Origin: Hydrolagus colliei
Lineage: Eukaryota
Assembly (NCBI GenBank): GCA_035084275.1
Contig: CM068756.1
Span: 7,502,001-7,566,000, forward strand
DNA length: 64,000 nt
Direction: 5' to 3'
Part shown: one piece after another, positions 49,336-64,000 of the stretch
How the letters are laid out: each line of letters begins with the position of its first letter
Position numbering within the stretch: position 1 is the first letter of the stretch
Translations under genes and position numbers: made by a program
Notes under the pieces: model-generated
The model's input: the letters and a program-made list of their open reading frames with translations, nothing else
Database searches by the model: none
Told to the model about the DNA's origin: nothing

Positions 49336-50829
49336 GTATTTATTATTACTTCACAAATGCATCAATCTCCATCTAATCGTTTGACCGGGAACAAGTGACA
49401 CTCGTCTTTTCAGAGCAACTGATTCTTAATCACAATTATACCTGGGATCCAAAGCCAAGCTCTTGAAATCTGAGCAATGTTTTACTGAGATTCTGCATGC
49501 TGAGTAATTGAACATAATCTTGTTCTGACACTAAAGGTTCCAGGTTAGGTGTCGGCTGCCAGATTCTCCTATAGATACATCACGACACTTTACAGTATAT
49601 CTTGTGAAGTGCTGCGTGACATCCTCTCGATGTGAAAGGTGCTATATCAAATGCAAGGGTATAAAGTCGAAAGGAGGAGGAAGAAACATTGGTTTGAGGA
49701 CATAATCCTTTACTTATGGCTCTTTGGTCTAATGAAATATGATGTTCCACATTTGATTTAAATGTGGAGAGGATATGCACCAAATGACTTAAATTATGAA
49801 GTGTTCAAGCTATTTTATACATCTGTTTCCCTCTGTAAAGTAATTTGTGATGTTCTGTTTACCCCAGAACACAAAGTACATGCACACCGAGGCATTTTCT
49901 GCTATTTTCCTCTTCAATACTGAGTTAGGAGTCACCAATAACCATATTAACTTCAAAATGTAACACAGCACTGGTCTCATTTAAACATTCTACTCCCTCC
50001 CCACTCATCTCCAGCTATGGTTCAATGTAAAGTATTGATCTTTAGAATAAATCATGGGGTCTAGAATTCAGATAATGCCACCTCAGATACCACGATCACA
50101 TTCAGCCAGTTTGTCTTGGTCTGATTCGTCTGTATTTCAACCCAAACCTCTGAAACTAGATTGAATTCTGTAGGTCTCCTCTAAAAGATACAATACAAAT
50201 TTAAATTTATTCAGCGCTCTTCATAACAGGAGGATATCCCAAAGTGTTTGACACTGTGGTCAGGCACATCGATTTGCTCTGGAGGAAGCTTTTTTGTCTG
50301 TTTATCAAACTTTGATAGGAAATAAACTAGAAATTACATCAATGAGGAAAGAAGAAGAAAAAAAGGCCTCTATATTCTGAGCAAATATGGCAAATAATGA
50401 GTTTAATCTGCAACTACATAGCTTCATTTTTTAAAATTATTTTTATTTCACCAAAGCATTTGTGTTTCAGATTTTTTCCTTCCCTCTAACAGTGCTTACT
50501 GTTTAGTTTTGTGCCGTTGACACTCTAAAACCGTTGCCATGTCAATGTTAAATTATGTTTAAACAAAAGATAAAAGATCAGTTGATCAATACAGACCAGG
50601 CTGTGTAGATAGCACATCATTCAGTGTCCCACTGACTTGAAGCTTGTGCTCCATCCTACACTGTATCTCCGCATATGACAAGATCATATTGTATTGAGTG
50701 CTGTGTGAAAAGCATTATACAAATGTAATTTTGTTGTTGTTGGATGACTGCCTATTTTCATTTCCCCTATCTTTGCTGCTATACTGAAGTCTGCTGATTT
50801 GAAACAAACACATCAAAAATCATCAGGTA

Positions 50830-51228
50830 CAATATGATATAGTGCCTTATAAGATCGTCAAAACATTTCCAAATCCTTCACAGGATTTACCGTAAAATAG
50901 CATGATTGTTAATATTTAGGTGGACACAGCAGCCAAATTGTGCACCTCAATGTTCCTCAAACAGCAACAAAGTGAAAGAACAAATTTTAATAAAGTTTAA
51001 TTGTTGGAACTGGACACCACAAGATACTCCCTCCTATTTTCAAATAGTGGCAGGGAACAAACTTAGTTAATACCTTATCAGAATGGCAGCACGTGAATGA
51101 TAGAGTCCCCACATTGTTGTGTTAGGGTCTTAACCTAGGCTGCGAGTTCAAAGTTCCAACACGGGTCTTGAACCCACAACCTTCTGATTCAAAGGCAAGA
51201 GTGCCGACCAATCAAGCCAGGCTGACCT
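50830..51228 (-). mobile_element. Near-full-length Deu-domain SINE (degenerate)
   Basis: Head on the minus strand GTCAGCCTGGCTTGATTGGTCGGCACTCTTGCCTTTGAATCAGAAGGTTGTGGGTTCAAG, like the head at 12218; Deu core (TTCAAATAGTGGC on plus); tail GATATAGTGCCTT. Confidence 0.7.
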
Positions 51229-53342
51229 ATGCAGGCGTTGATTTTGGATACATACACAAAAAAAATTAAGACCGTCACATTAGTGACCGGGTTTGTGCAT
51301 TATAATTATTGTGGTAGCTTCAGGAGCCTATCGCATAATTCAGACAAACGCTAACTTTGGGGTAGCCTGTCTGGCTGTAAAGTGAGCTTTAAAACATAAC
51401 AATTTTACGTTTAACATTAAACATTTAACAGGCGAACGGACAGTCCATACTTTTTTGTTTTAAATGCGATTGAAGAGTCAGCAGGCTCTTTTGCTCTTTG
51501 TATAATATTTTTTTAAATCCCGACACTTGGCGCAGGTTAGTGGAGCGCTGCTCATGGGTAAGAACAGAGCCCCAGGCCAGAAGATCAAATCGCTGCCAAC
51601 AGAATAACCAAACCACCAAAAACCCTCAGATGGAAAACTGAATAAGATGTGCCCTTTAGCTGAGAGGATAGATTTAGCATATAATCATTGAAAGTACACA
51701 AGTATTTTTAAATTATACAATGAATAAAATTCTGCTCTTTTTAAAAACTAAAATTGCAATTCAAAGCATAAACCCACTTGGTGAAAAGCAAAAGCCTTTC
51801 AGATAAAATGAAATATCTACCTAGAATTTGCCTGTTCTACTTCAGTATCAAATTAAATGAAAAACGTTCTTCTATAGATTAAAACGGATGGCAGTGGGGG
51901 TTGGTTACTTGACTGAAAAGATCCTGACCAACAGCCACTAATCCTTTTTGCTTTGCTTGGAGTTACATTTGCCCAGTGCTGTTTGCATTCTGTTGCTGAT
52001 GCATGAAAAATCACTGGCTTTACATGAAAGTAAAAATACTGATCCATAGTTGGGTTTAATAGACAACCATATAATGCAGACTTCAAATAGACATGCAATC
52101 CTTTGTGTTGCTCTGAGTGAAAAATATTAAATTCCAAACAAGTACATGGCCATTTTAAATGCAGTTGGTTCAGTGCTATGAAAGTCTGTTGGTCATGGTG
52201 TTAGCGTCAGGTCTTCATTTCATTGTTAAGTGCTTTGAAAAGGATGTCTGTACAAATTATATTCTCAGAAGATGACTTTTTAATTTTTGATATGTTTCAC
52301 ATCTTATCTCTTTGAACTATGCACTTTTTAAAAAATATTTTGGTACAGGGACATGTTAATAGAAAATACTGTGATCACATCAAACCAAATATTCATGATT
52401 TTTTATAATTACAAGCTCCATTTATGCTTTATTCTGGGATAAGCCCAGTATGTATTCATACGTCTTCAATGGAAAACCTGCCAAAAAATGTTGCTCCAGT
52501 GTAAAGGCAGTACAAAAGCTCACCACAGGAAGCAGGGGGTCGATTACCAGTTTTACATTATAATGAAGGCAATGTAAACAGTGAACTGACAAAGCTAGTA
52601 GGTAAAGCTTCTTGCTGTTCCAAGCCAATAGAGATGCCAATGTGATAGCATCTGCAACTTCTGACCTCAAGCCCTTGGCATCAGTCCATCAATTGGGCAT
52701 GTGCACAGACTGAGCTATGGCCTTTATTTAGTTAAAGTGGAACTAGACTGCTCTAAGTGTAGTATATCTTCATTATCAAACTGAGTCAACGTGAACAACT
52801 GCAACTCAATGAATCTTACTAAGACATCCCAGAGGACACAAATTCCTCTTGGTATTATTATCCTCAAGATTACTGTCTTAAACAGTTAAGATTTTATATA
52901 ATTTTGAAATTGCATCTTAATTTGAAGGCTGCTTTTCTAAGCAATTCTTAGATCCATACAGAATCAGATGTGGTGTCAAAAAAGGCCAGATTGTTGAACT
53001 GACCTTCAAAATTGCTCCTGAGAAATTGTTAAATGATTACAGCCCTGCTATTTTCTCTACCTCGCCCTCAATAGTCTTGCATTCTATTAATAAATATTTA
53101 TTAACATTAACCTGGGTGGGGGGGAGAAGGGGGAAAAAAAGACAGAAATCCCAAGTTTTCACAAGGAAAGTGTGAAAAGTAGCAAAATGTAACATTTCAC
53201 AAATATGAAGCGTGTGGAAAGGCAGCAGCAAACAAGCAAGTCAAAAGTAAGTCTTCAACTACCCGTTAAGATTCAAAAAAGCTAACAGACAAGAACTGCA
53301 GTGAAGCAAAATGTTAATAAAATAATTTGGCACAATATTTTA

Positions 53343-53615
<273 letters not shown>

Positions 53616-54321
53616 CTATTATTACCACCACATTGAGCCAAATCCCCCACAGATCTTGTGATATTTATCAATAAATCATTTTTTTGTTTCACTAAATTTA
53701 ATCCACTATGTAGACGAGATTAATAATTTAACATTTCAAGACTGAAGCTTCATTTATTCATAACAGTGTTGAATACTGTAGCTCTTTTTAATCTGCATAC
53801 TCTACTGGGTGCTGTGGTTTGTAACATGATGATAATTATTATACGTCTGAAATGCCTTCATCGAATAATTATTTACTTTTTAATTATTCCAAAACATTTT
53901 TTAAAAATAAAGAGATTCGTAGAAAACATGATCTGTCTATATACTTGCAAACATTCTATAACAAAAAAGGTACCTTCATGTGAAATCATCACTGTAGTGA
54001 CCACTTCGCACAAATCCTTCTACGTTAGGTTACACATTTAACATTCATTTCAGGCACTAAAGCAACATTTGGGAGTAATTATCTCCGCTCTCCATTCTTA
54101 ACATAAATTTCCGTGCATTTCCATGTATGTTGTGTTGATCTGACTAAAGTATGAAATATTGTCCTGTTAAAATAACTGCATGCGTCATATTTAGATATAA
54201 CTGATAGCTAACTACTGACATGAGGGTTAAATACAACTGTGTAATACTGTACTATGGATTAACGTGCCATTCTTCTAGCTCTTGAATCAGAATTCTAATC
54301 TAGCCCAGTCTGAGGAAGCAA

Positions 54322-54900
54322 AACAATAACAACAACAAAATTACATTTGTATTGCGTCTTTCATGTCGAGAGGACGTCCCAGGACACTGGACAGACAGTA
54401 TTTTGGACCAGAGCTGGGTGGGCAGGATTGGGGAGGGGGAAGGAGGTTGATCAAAAGCATGGTTGAAGAGGAGGGCCTTGAGGTGTGTCTTGAAGGAGGC
54501 AAGGAATGCAACGAGGCAAAGGGACTGCAAGATGGGAGTTGAAGAGGATGGGGACAGAGTGGCTGAAGGCCCGTCTGCTAATGATGGTGGGTGGGGGGAG
54601 CAAGGCGGGAGACACTAAGCAGGCTGAAGCCTGCTGAGTCACCAGGTTGGTAGGGTGTTAGGAGGTTGCAGAGATAGCAGGGAGCAAGGCCTTGGAAGCC
54701 TTTGAAAGTGAGGACCATAATCTCGAACTGTATCCTCTGTGTGATGGGAAGCCAGTGGAGTCAGGCGAGGATGGGGTCACACAGCCTAGTATGGGTGAGG
54801 ACACGAACTGCAGAGTTCTGGATAATTTGCTGCCTGTGGAGGGAGGAGTTGGGGAGGTGACAAGCAAGGAGTTCGCATAGTCGAGCCTGGATGTTATGAA
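54322..54900 (-). mobile_element. L2 LINE 3' fragment
   Basis: FITSRLDYANSLL, RAFSHSVP and FKTHLKALLF motifs; (CAA)n tail with CTTTCATGTCGAGAGGACGTCCCA. Confidence 0.88.
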
Positions 54901-57102
54901 AGTGTTCTGTTGCCGATTATTGCGAGAATCCCACATCGAGTCAGTTTGAGCATCATTGTCCAGCAACAGGTGGGCACAGCACACTGCACAAAACTGCCCC
55001 ATAGTTTGGCAAGTTAGAACATTATAAGAGAGGTAGTAATTTTATGCAGGGATTTTTCAACTGATAAGCAAAACAAAATTGAAAGCTTTGTCATTTAAAA
55101 CCTTACTGAAGTTAACTGTTTCAACAACGTGAAGTTTGTATACCAACAAAAGCAACAACAAGATTGTATGTTTGATTGTTATGACAGAAATAAAATAATC
55201 CACTATTGACAAACTAAAAGTCCTTAATTAGCTCCAAATGATTAAAAACACGGTTCGACCAACATGACTGGGTAAAATGCATCATCCTAGGTAAAAATGC
55301 TGCAAACCTCCAGTGAGACAGGAATATAATGTTCAATTTGTTTTCACTTGATAAAATGTAATGTAATGAACATATCATGAAAAATACAAATAATATTTAG
55401 TGTGAAAGTAATGATGTTGCAAAAGAACAGATTGTGTGGATTGAATCCTGTTTATGATTCCCACCCTGTTACGTTATTGTACTGCATTTTATGCTGTTGG
55501 TTTGCGTTCTGTATCATCAGTTGAGACGATGGGAGATGACAGTGAATCCAATTCCAGATTTAGGGAATATGAACTGATAGTGAAATATTGCCAGTGATTG
55601 CTGCTTCTACCTCAGGGACACTTAGAATTTTGGCCATTCCATTGAAAGGCACAATGACTTTTATTGTAACTTCTAATGATGTGCAATTTAGTTTTAACGC
55701 CATCAGATGCAAGATGCTGGCTAGAGAGCTTTCATCCTGGCCAAGAGAATCCAAATTATACTGTGCAGGAATTCACAGAGCAGTTACCCACCTGGCTGAG
55801 ACCAGTGCGAATGACATTCAAAGTGTCTGTTAATCTGTCATGCAGTAAAGACTGCAAGCCATCCTCTAAACTTAGCCAAATCAACACATAATATCAACCA
55901 CATTATCAGTACGAATTTGGAAACTGGTTTCCAAAGTTCTTACAAAGAACCAACTTGCAATTCATAACAGGATTTAAGAAATTTGCACAATTTTGGGCAT
56001 CTTCTTGGAGAATTTTTTTTCTAGTATTTTAGAATGATCAGAGCTTTAAAGTTGCTCTTTTGAAGTTGCTTACTGTTGCTGGCTTCAAAATAACAACAAC
56101 AACAAAAATACCTAAATTAAATTTTACATTTGTAAAAAGGCTCAACGTAAGAAATTGCCTGATTCTGTCAAAATGCTACTTGACAAGAGTAAATCCACAC
56201 CCAAATGGAATTTCTTCTCACTCATACTTTGAAATAAATTGGACTTTAAGGCTAAGACTAGGTGGGATTTTGAGTCTGATGTGCTCCAGTTTCTATGCTA
56301 GCAAAATCAAGCAGTATTGTATTCTGCAGCTAATGTATTAATCTAAACAAATCCAAAGAACACAGGCACCAGTGACATTCAGCTGCTTGTATGACTGAAT
56401 TACTGCATCAATAACGATTGCAGAAACATGCTTATTGGATTGAATTCTTGCCAAGTGCAGGTCAAATACACTTATGTAAATCTATTGAGGAATTTCACAG
56501 ATCCTCTCTGCTCATCTGCACAACACTTTCCATGTGGACTTTGTCATATAGGACAGCTCATGAAAAACTAAAGTGTACATCCATGTCCTGATAATGTAAA
56601 ATAATGATTTCTCTGATAGAAAGTAATAAGATGTGTGTCTTCTTCCTCCTGCCCCCGACCTCCTCCTTCCCCTGAATTGACACTATTAAAAGTTCACTCA
56701 GCGGTGAGTGCTCACCAATTGCAATGTACTTATCCTTTCAGACAATTATGACTTGCCATTTCCCTGGATGTTGGAATTAACATATCCCGAAAACTTGCCA
56801 TTTTTCCCAAACGTGTTATCTATTTTTGCTATTCAGGAAAATGTTGGGAGTCAAGGGTCTCATATATGTACTGTGTTAGGCAATTTAACACAGTCATTGA
56901 AATCAATTTGGCTTTCACAATCTTAAAAGATATTGCAAATAACAATCTGCAAAGTTACAATGCTTTTACTCGGGAAATGTTGCTTTCTGCTCTCATGTTG
57001 TAGGATGCTCCTCATTATTCTGTGACTTTTTTAGAAGGTTGTCAACATCAAATTACATTTTAATTTCAAAACTGTGGTTCAAATTCGAGAACTACAGTTT
57101 TA

Positions 57103-57471
<369 letters not shown>

Positions 57472-59219
57472 TCATCTTAGATATGCAAGGGTGCACTGTG
57501 TCCTCCGCAGTCAATATATCAAAGATACCCACCTTTATCTGACAAACATTTAAAATATATCAGGAATCTGCAATAGGCCCTAACAATTAAACCATAAGAA
57601 AACATTGACAATACGAATCAAACAAGTGGGTTTACATCGTTATCTGACCTCGTTTTTTTAAAAAAAACAAGCTTTAAAAACGCCAACTGTTGTACAGTTT
57701 CACAAAATTCCTGTTTTCTGGATATTTTTGGCAGCTGAAGATGAGCATTTGGAGATGACAGATTTATCACATCCTATCAGATTTGATGACAGCAGATTAA
57801 GACCCTGCTGATTCTTGGTAACAGCCTGTCACCAAACTAGGATTAGTTGCACTGACCACAGATGTTTTTGATTGGATAGACCTAACACCTTCCCCACTGT
57901 GCTTTTAGAAGCAGTGAAGCTGAAGCTACACACATCAGTTTTACAACAAGTATGTGTTAATGTTTGGTTTCTTTAGCAGACAGACAATTCAAATAGGCAA
58001 CAGGAAATGAATGCTACACTGACATTTAATTAACGACGAGTTACATCAGATACATTTCTAAAAGGGTCAGGCTCCATGAATAGCTGTGTACTCCATCACT
58101 GAACCATCCAGCAACAATAGTTCAACGAAACACAGATTAAAAGGAAACTAATATTAAAAATACACTTTTTGGGGCTATTTTTTTCCCTGACCTCTCCTGA
58201 AGGTGATGATTCACGCTGTGTGTGGTTCCGTACAGCGGTGGCAACTTTGCAGTACCTAGCTTTGTAATTATCCCATATGTGCAAGGTAAACTATATACCG
58301 AGATATAGGTCACATCAAAGGGTGTTAAGATAAAGTAGAAAAGTCTCACCCTGTCCTTAATGTCTTTGCATGCAAACTTGTACCAAAAGATTTCTTAACA
58401 ATAAATAAATGTTTCTAACTAATAATCTTTGCAATTGGTTTTTGCGTTTATAACGTCAAACAATACATCTTTCCCTTCCTAAGAAAACGGACACCTAAAA
58501 TCAACTTGTTTGACCTAGTGCTGCTTTGGCCAAAATACTTAACTTTTATTTACACATTTATTATTTTTTTTAATTTGTTTTCAATTTTAAAAAAAAGGCA
58601 CACATTCATTTTAACCTTAGATTCTCAGCAACCAGGGAGATTATAATCTCCTTGGTCTAAATGATTTCATAAATTAATTTTAAATAGCTCTAAAACACTA
58701 ATTCTATTCATCCCATCATTTTCTACCCTATTCTATCTTTTTTAAAAAACATCAACTTCCTCTAAGCCCTCACCACCCATTTTAGTACTAAGAGCACTTT
58801 TAAGGCTCTTTCTTTAGACCACCAAAAGCCATAAGAATGGTTGCATTACAAAAATATCAATCATCGACCCAATTTTGTGTATCAAAAACAGGAAGACAAT
58901 GGTAATGGATGGCAGAGCTCCTCAGAGAAGCACATCCGGATGAATACCGTCACCCACAGAGCTCTAAGGACCACTTTCCTTGGATGGTTAATAGGCTGAT
59001 TATATACGAGAGGAAAAAAAATCCTGCTTAACCTAGTTTAGTGATGTCACTTGAGGTTAATTATTTGTAATGTGGTGAAATCTATTGACCAGGGAATTAT
59101 TTATGGTGATGAGAAAATGCAGCAAGTTTTCAGTGAAGTTATCACGTTCCAGAGCCATGTAAAAACCAGAACTTAGTGGAGTAACGAACAAACGTGTGTG
59201 CTATCACTTTATAGCACTC

Positions 59220-59950
59220 CAAAGGATAAATGCAAGGTACTACATATAGGAGGTAAGGAAACGCACGTACTCCATGGATTGGACACAACTTGTCAAGGGA
59301 GAAGTTGAAAGGATCTTTAAGTTGGTAGCTGACTCATCGCTCATCAAAACAATGTGACAGCATAAATAAGGCAAACTGGATGCTGGTCTATATTGTCAAA
59401 TTGTTTGAGTTGAGATCCCCAGAAGTTATACTCAAGCTATATAGTGCTCCGGTTAGGCCTAGAGTACTGCATACAATTCTGGTTGCCACATAATAAGGAA
59501 GCTGCCCATTCCCTTGAAATAGTATAAAAGAGAGTAACGAGGATGATCCTCACTATCAGAGGACTGAGCTAAGTGCAACGAAAAAAACAAGCTACGGTTC
59601 TTCTAGCTTGTCTTGAAATGAGTCATTTCAGAGAGGACCTTTTAGAGGTATACAATATTTTAAATGAGGAAGTGAACCAACAGTACTTCCCCAAGACAGC
59701 TGAGAAAAAAGGCAGGTTTAGGGATTGCAAAAGGGTAATTTCAGACAGTCGCTGAAAGATACATCTTTATTCAGAGGTTAATTAATGACTGTAACATTTT
59801 ACCAGGATGGGTAGATGCGATCAGGACACTGTACTCATTTCCACAAAACAGCTTGATGCTGTGATGGGAGTATTATAGGGTGGGTGTTCTGGAAAGGTGA
59901 GATGAAATGGACTGAGGGCCTGCTACTTCTAAACCAATCTTGTGATCGCG
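59220..59950 (+). mobile_element. CR1 LINE 3' portion (decayed ORF2 C-terminus and 3' UTR)
   Basis: DKCKVLHIG, KANWMLVYI, VILKLYSAPVRP, EYCIQFWLP and REDLLEVYNIL motifs typical of CR1 ORF2. Confidence 0.85.
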
Positions 59951-61759
59951 TGAACATGGGTTGGCATACCATCGTGCTGCAGTACTACATGCCACCACCT
60001 GTAGGGCCTCTTCATTCAGAGGTGTGACAGGATACTGCATTTAATCATCAGAACTATCATTTTAAAAATAGGTTGTCCTCTTCATATATTAAAGAACACA
60101 ATCATATTTTGTGAAACATAATCAATAAATAGCTAACTTAGTACAAACAGCAAAAATATATACTCCCCAATATGCAAACGCTCACCCCTGAATCAATGAT
60201 TTCCTGCATCAACCATGCAATAATGCAGAGAATAAATATTTGCGTTTTCAGTGTTAATTTACATACAAATTGTACTTAAGGGAGTCAGTGTTGTTGGCAT
60301 TGCATTAAAATCATAAAAGCTTTACATTTTCCAATCCCAAGGAAAGAAAGAATTAATCCCCTCTCTCGCACAAAGTTACAGCTGGAGCATGCATGTATAT
60401 AATCTTTCAGAATCAGCTGAATTTATAATAAAGGTTTTTATTTATTTTGCTTTTAAACATTAAATGAAGTGGAATAAACAGTCTGCTGACTTCTCACTCG
60501 TGGCAGTTATGATCTACTATTGCACTCCTCAGAAACTGTCACCACAGATGAATGCACTAGTATAAATATTGTCTAGAATCCCCTTAGGGACCAATGTCTG
60601 CTACATTTCATGTTGTTTACATTTCAAGGCAACTATATAGTCCTATGAACAATAATTATTGATTAATTGATTAAAATAACAATCACATCCCCCCATTTCT
60701 ATGTAAAACAAATGCAAATGAATTTTGAATGCAGATCAGTATGTTCAAAACAAGGGTACCAGCTATATCAATGGCTAAAAGTCATAAATTACTGTGCTGT
60801 TAGAAAAAATCTAAGCAAATATGAGTTCACAGCAGGGAACTAATAATGCGCCTCCAGCTGTTCCAGTTAACCTGCAAATGTGGCCATCTGCACCTCAGGA
60901 GAGAAAGAGAAAGAAAGATAGTGCCAGGGAGAAAGAGAAGGAAATACCGCCAGCACAGGCACAAAGCCGACACCCAGAGCAGCAGGGGTGACCTTGCTAC
61001 TTATGACCAGGCAGACACACACTGTACTAACAAAGAAACTACAGTAATAGTCCACTTGCTATTCAATAATAGCTTTGCAACAGTCATTCCATTCCTCTAT
61101 TATTTTGTGGTTTCGGTACTTAAAATGAAAGAACATTTCCTTTTTAATATTCATGTTCTCATTCTGTGGTACTTGTTTATTAATGTTATACAACTCCGTA
61201 TAAATCACACCGTAATAAACACACTGATGTAATTCTCAAGTCCTCTAAAATCTCTCAAATTAAAATCAGATTTACTGTAAGTCTGCTAAATCAGTATGAT
61301 AAATAGTGAGTTGGCTGACATACCACTAACTATATACTGTATTCATTTTTTTTACACACACATAAAAATGAGAAATCAATCTAGAAATGATCAGAAATTC
61401 ACAACCTAGGTGGAAAGGTTATAGAAATATCTGTAATCATTTTGAAATACTAGATCTAAGACTGGGCAAAAGAATTATGTTGACTTTGGCTATCATGTAC
61501 AGTTATGCATTTTATATCTAAAACTGGTGTTTGACAAATTAATTGGGAGCTATCACCTCCTCCAGGTGGGATCAGGGGCTGAGCTCCAATGTGATTCATT
61601 CTGGCGCAAGCCCGATTTATACTGAACATTTGGCAGCAAATTACCACCAAACTTTTAGTGACTCACCACAAAAAAGCACTATAAAACTGCAAGGATACTA
61701 TTTTCATAGCTGGAGGTATTTTTTCTGCAATTATTTTAAAAAGAGTCATTCCCTTCACG

Positions 61760-61895
61760 ACTGTCAAAGGGACAGTGCTTTGTACAAATCGGCTGCTGCG
61801 TTCGCCAACAACACATATTCACCACACTTTTCAAAAAATCCTGTGAAGCGCAATGTGACATCTCAATATAAGGTGCTATATCAAATGCAATAATT
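61760..61895 (+). mobile_element. SINE 3' body and tail fragment
   Basis: CGGCTGCTGCGTTCGCC...CTGTGAAGCGC...GGTGCTATATCAAATGCAA. Confidence 0.6.
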
Positions 61896-63264
61896 AAAAC
61901 TTTCTACACATTGACATAATAGAAATTGAATTCAAACGGGTGGAAAAATAACGGAAATATTTCTCAAGTTAAGTTGATTTTTTAAAAAGTGTAACAAACA
62001 ATGAAATCACTTCATATATGTTGCATTTGAATGCATTAAATAATTCAGCTGGGAGGCAAAGCAGAGAGAGAGAGAAAGACACCAAAAATAGGTAATTTTA
62101 CTAGTGCGGTTGGTGTTGGAAAGTTGGTGTTTAAATTCCGACCGACTGAATACTACAAAAATATCCATTCCTTTGAAAGCAGGAAGCATGAATAGATATT
62201 GAATTCTATAGAAAATACAAAATGAAGCATGTTGTATGATATCAATCAGCAGGCACATATTTTAGAATGAGACTCCTTCGAAAGGACTTCCATTACCAAA
62301 TTTAACTAACCTAATGAATGATTTTGCATTTATTTTAAATTAGGGATGAGAATCCATCAGAAAAAAACAAAAATCTGAAACCTCATAGCAAAATAAAACT
62401 GTGTGCTTGAGTCAAATCACTACAAATTACACTCACTCACTCACCAATATTTCACAGCTACTCCACTGTTTCCTTTAAGCCACATTTTTAAAAAAAACTA
62501 AGTAGATTTGAATAATATTGAATTTGATTTTAGGGGTGACAACTTTAAGTACACAGAGGGCTTTTAATACAGTTTGTGGTTATGAGAGGCAGTTCTCATC
62601 TGTTTAAAAGCTGTGGGTTTGACAAATTAAAGAATTAAAATTAAACACAAATTATTAAAAACCCCAAAGAGAAAAGCTACATCATGAGCCATAAAGTTAC
62701 TTGAAATGTGAATGATCAATAAAAGACAAAAACAAAATATTCAACCAGTTAAAAAAAGACCTTGCTGACTTGGGATTTACAATTTTTGCACATTTGCAAG
62801 ACTGGAGATCCCAGCATTCATAACCAACATCTAGCCAGCCAGAAGGCAATAGGAGGCTCCTTTGCCTATCATCCCTTATCTTTTGGTAAGAGTTCGTTAG
62901 GAAGCTGTTGGATATATTTGTTTCCGTGCAATGCTAATATTCTCACTTCATAAAAAATATTTAAGCAGTCCTTTAGGCAAATGGATTTAAGTGTAATGCT
63001 GAAGAATTTGTTTATTTTTATGAAACACAATCGATTCAAACAGGAGAGCTTAGCTGCAATATCTTTGGAAATTAGATGACGCACATCATAAAAGCTATTT
63101 TGTGAACTTGGATCTTCTTGGTATTTGGGCAATGTGGAAAAGTCTAAAATTTTGAAAGGAAGCAAATAAAACAAAAGTGTTCATTACAGTTATTAATTGT
63201 GCTGAGACAGAAACAGTTGTAGGGCTTATTGTGGATAATCAAACTATCATCCCAATCATTCGCT

Positions 63265-63715
63265 ACAACAAAAAAGCAAACTACTGTACTAGGTTGCATA
63301 AACAAAGAGTTGAAGTACAGATCAAATGAGGTTATACTGGGGTCTAATTTGCAAAGAATTTATCAAACTCTGCATGCACCCAGATGTATGTTTAAACTTC
63401 CTCCGTTGGCTGCAATCTTCACAAAATTGGTAATGGAATTGGTGTATGAATGAAGTTCCAGGGGATTGGGAGAACGTATAGGACATTGATATTTCAGAAA
63501 ATTAGACCTCATTGTTGGTGCACAAGTTCGTGACCAGATCCTTTTTGAAGAAATATGTAACCTATCCTTGTATTCTCTCCCTCTCTTTTCAACTATAAAC
63601 AAGTCCTATCTATAGTCTTGTTCTTGCATCTAAATCTCTCATATGGAAAATAATATCGGAAGGACATTCCTACCTTTGAGAAGGTACAAAAATAAGTAGA
63701 AATTAGATACCAGGT
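63265..63715 (+). mobile_element. Fragmented CR1 relic
   Basis: VLGCINKELKYRSNEVIL (~63285-63340) and RKDIPTFEKVQK (~63657-63692) resemble CR1 ORF2 motifs; the intervening sequence is unclear. Confidence 0.5.
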
Positions 63716-64000
63716 GTTATTTTGGGAACAATGCTGAAATATTCTCCTAGGAACTATGCTAATGGCATTATAAGAAATAAAGCAGTGTAAATTAGCATTA
63801 CACTAAAAGGGGAAGGGGTCATTTTTGTTAGTTTTATTAATATTCAATATTAGAGCATATAATTCAAGTTCTTGCATTAAATATTTGTTCCATTGTTACA
63901 CAAAAATAAATAGTATTTTTCACTTCACTACAGAAATGTTCCGTCAAGCCACAAATGTCCAGTGGGTATCTCAAAACATGAAACACCATTGCATTCTTCT

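Noticed and set aside
60872-60920. Possible ZNF423 micro-exon after a strong polypyrimidine tract on the minus strand
   Set aside because: The first AG is an unfavourable GAG, the donor GTTAAC is weak, and the 16- or 22-nt lengths would shift the frame.

Overview
This is vertebrate genomic DNA. The repeat content (tRNA/CORE-like and Deu-domain SINEs with L2 tails, L2 and CR1 LINE fragments) suggests a cartilaginous fish such as elephant shark, which is an inference. Two spliced protein-coding genes lie in tandem on the minus strand. The first is the 3' end of ZNF423: three coding exons (57168-57299, 53430-53545, 39324-39353) encoding the last C2H2 fingers, plus a ~590-nt 3' UTR. The second is the 5' end of a PEDS1/TMEM189 (plasmanylethanolamine desaturase) gene: exon 1 at 23746-23911, beside a 141-N gap, and exon 2 at 15783-15902. 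Later PEDS1 exons were not found and probably lie beyond position 1. Nearly all other ORFs in the track are non-coding noise or transposon relics. Mobile elements include a 5'-truncated L2 with TSD, CR1 fragments, a decayed Gypsy pol, a TA-flanked Tigger-like MITE, a fold-back MITE with a 9-bp TSD and telomere-like repeats, and many SINEs. I see no convincing new multi-gene system. The best leads are the unexpected ZNF423-PEDS1 adjacency, the fold-back element, SINE module shuffling, and a TE-poor, enhancer-like ZNF423 intron. Repeat boundaries are approximate; exon boundaries were read base by base.
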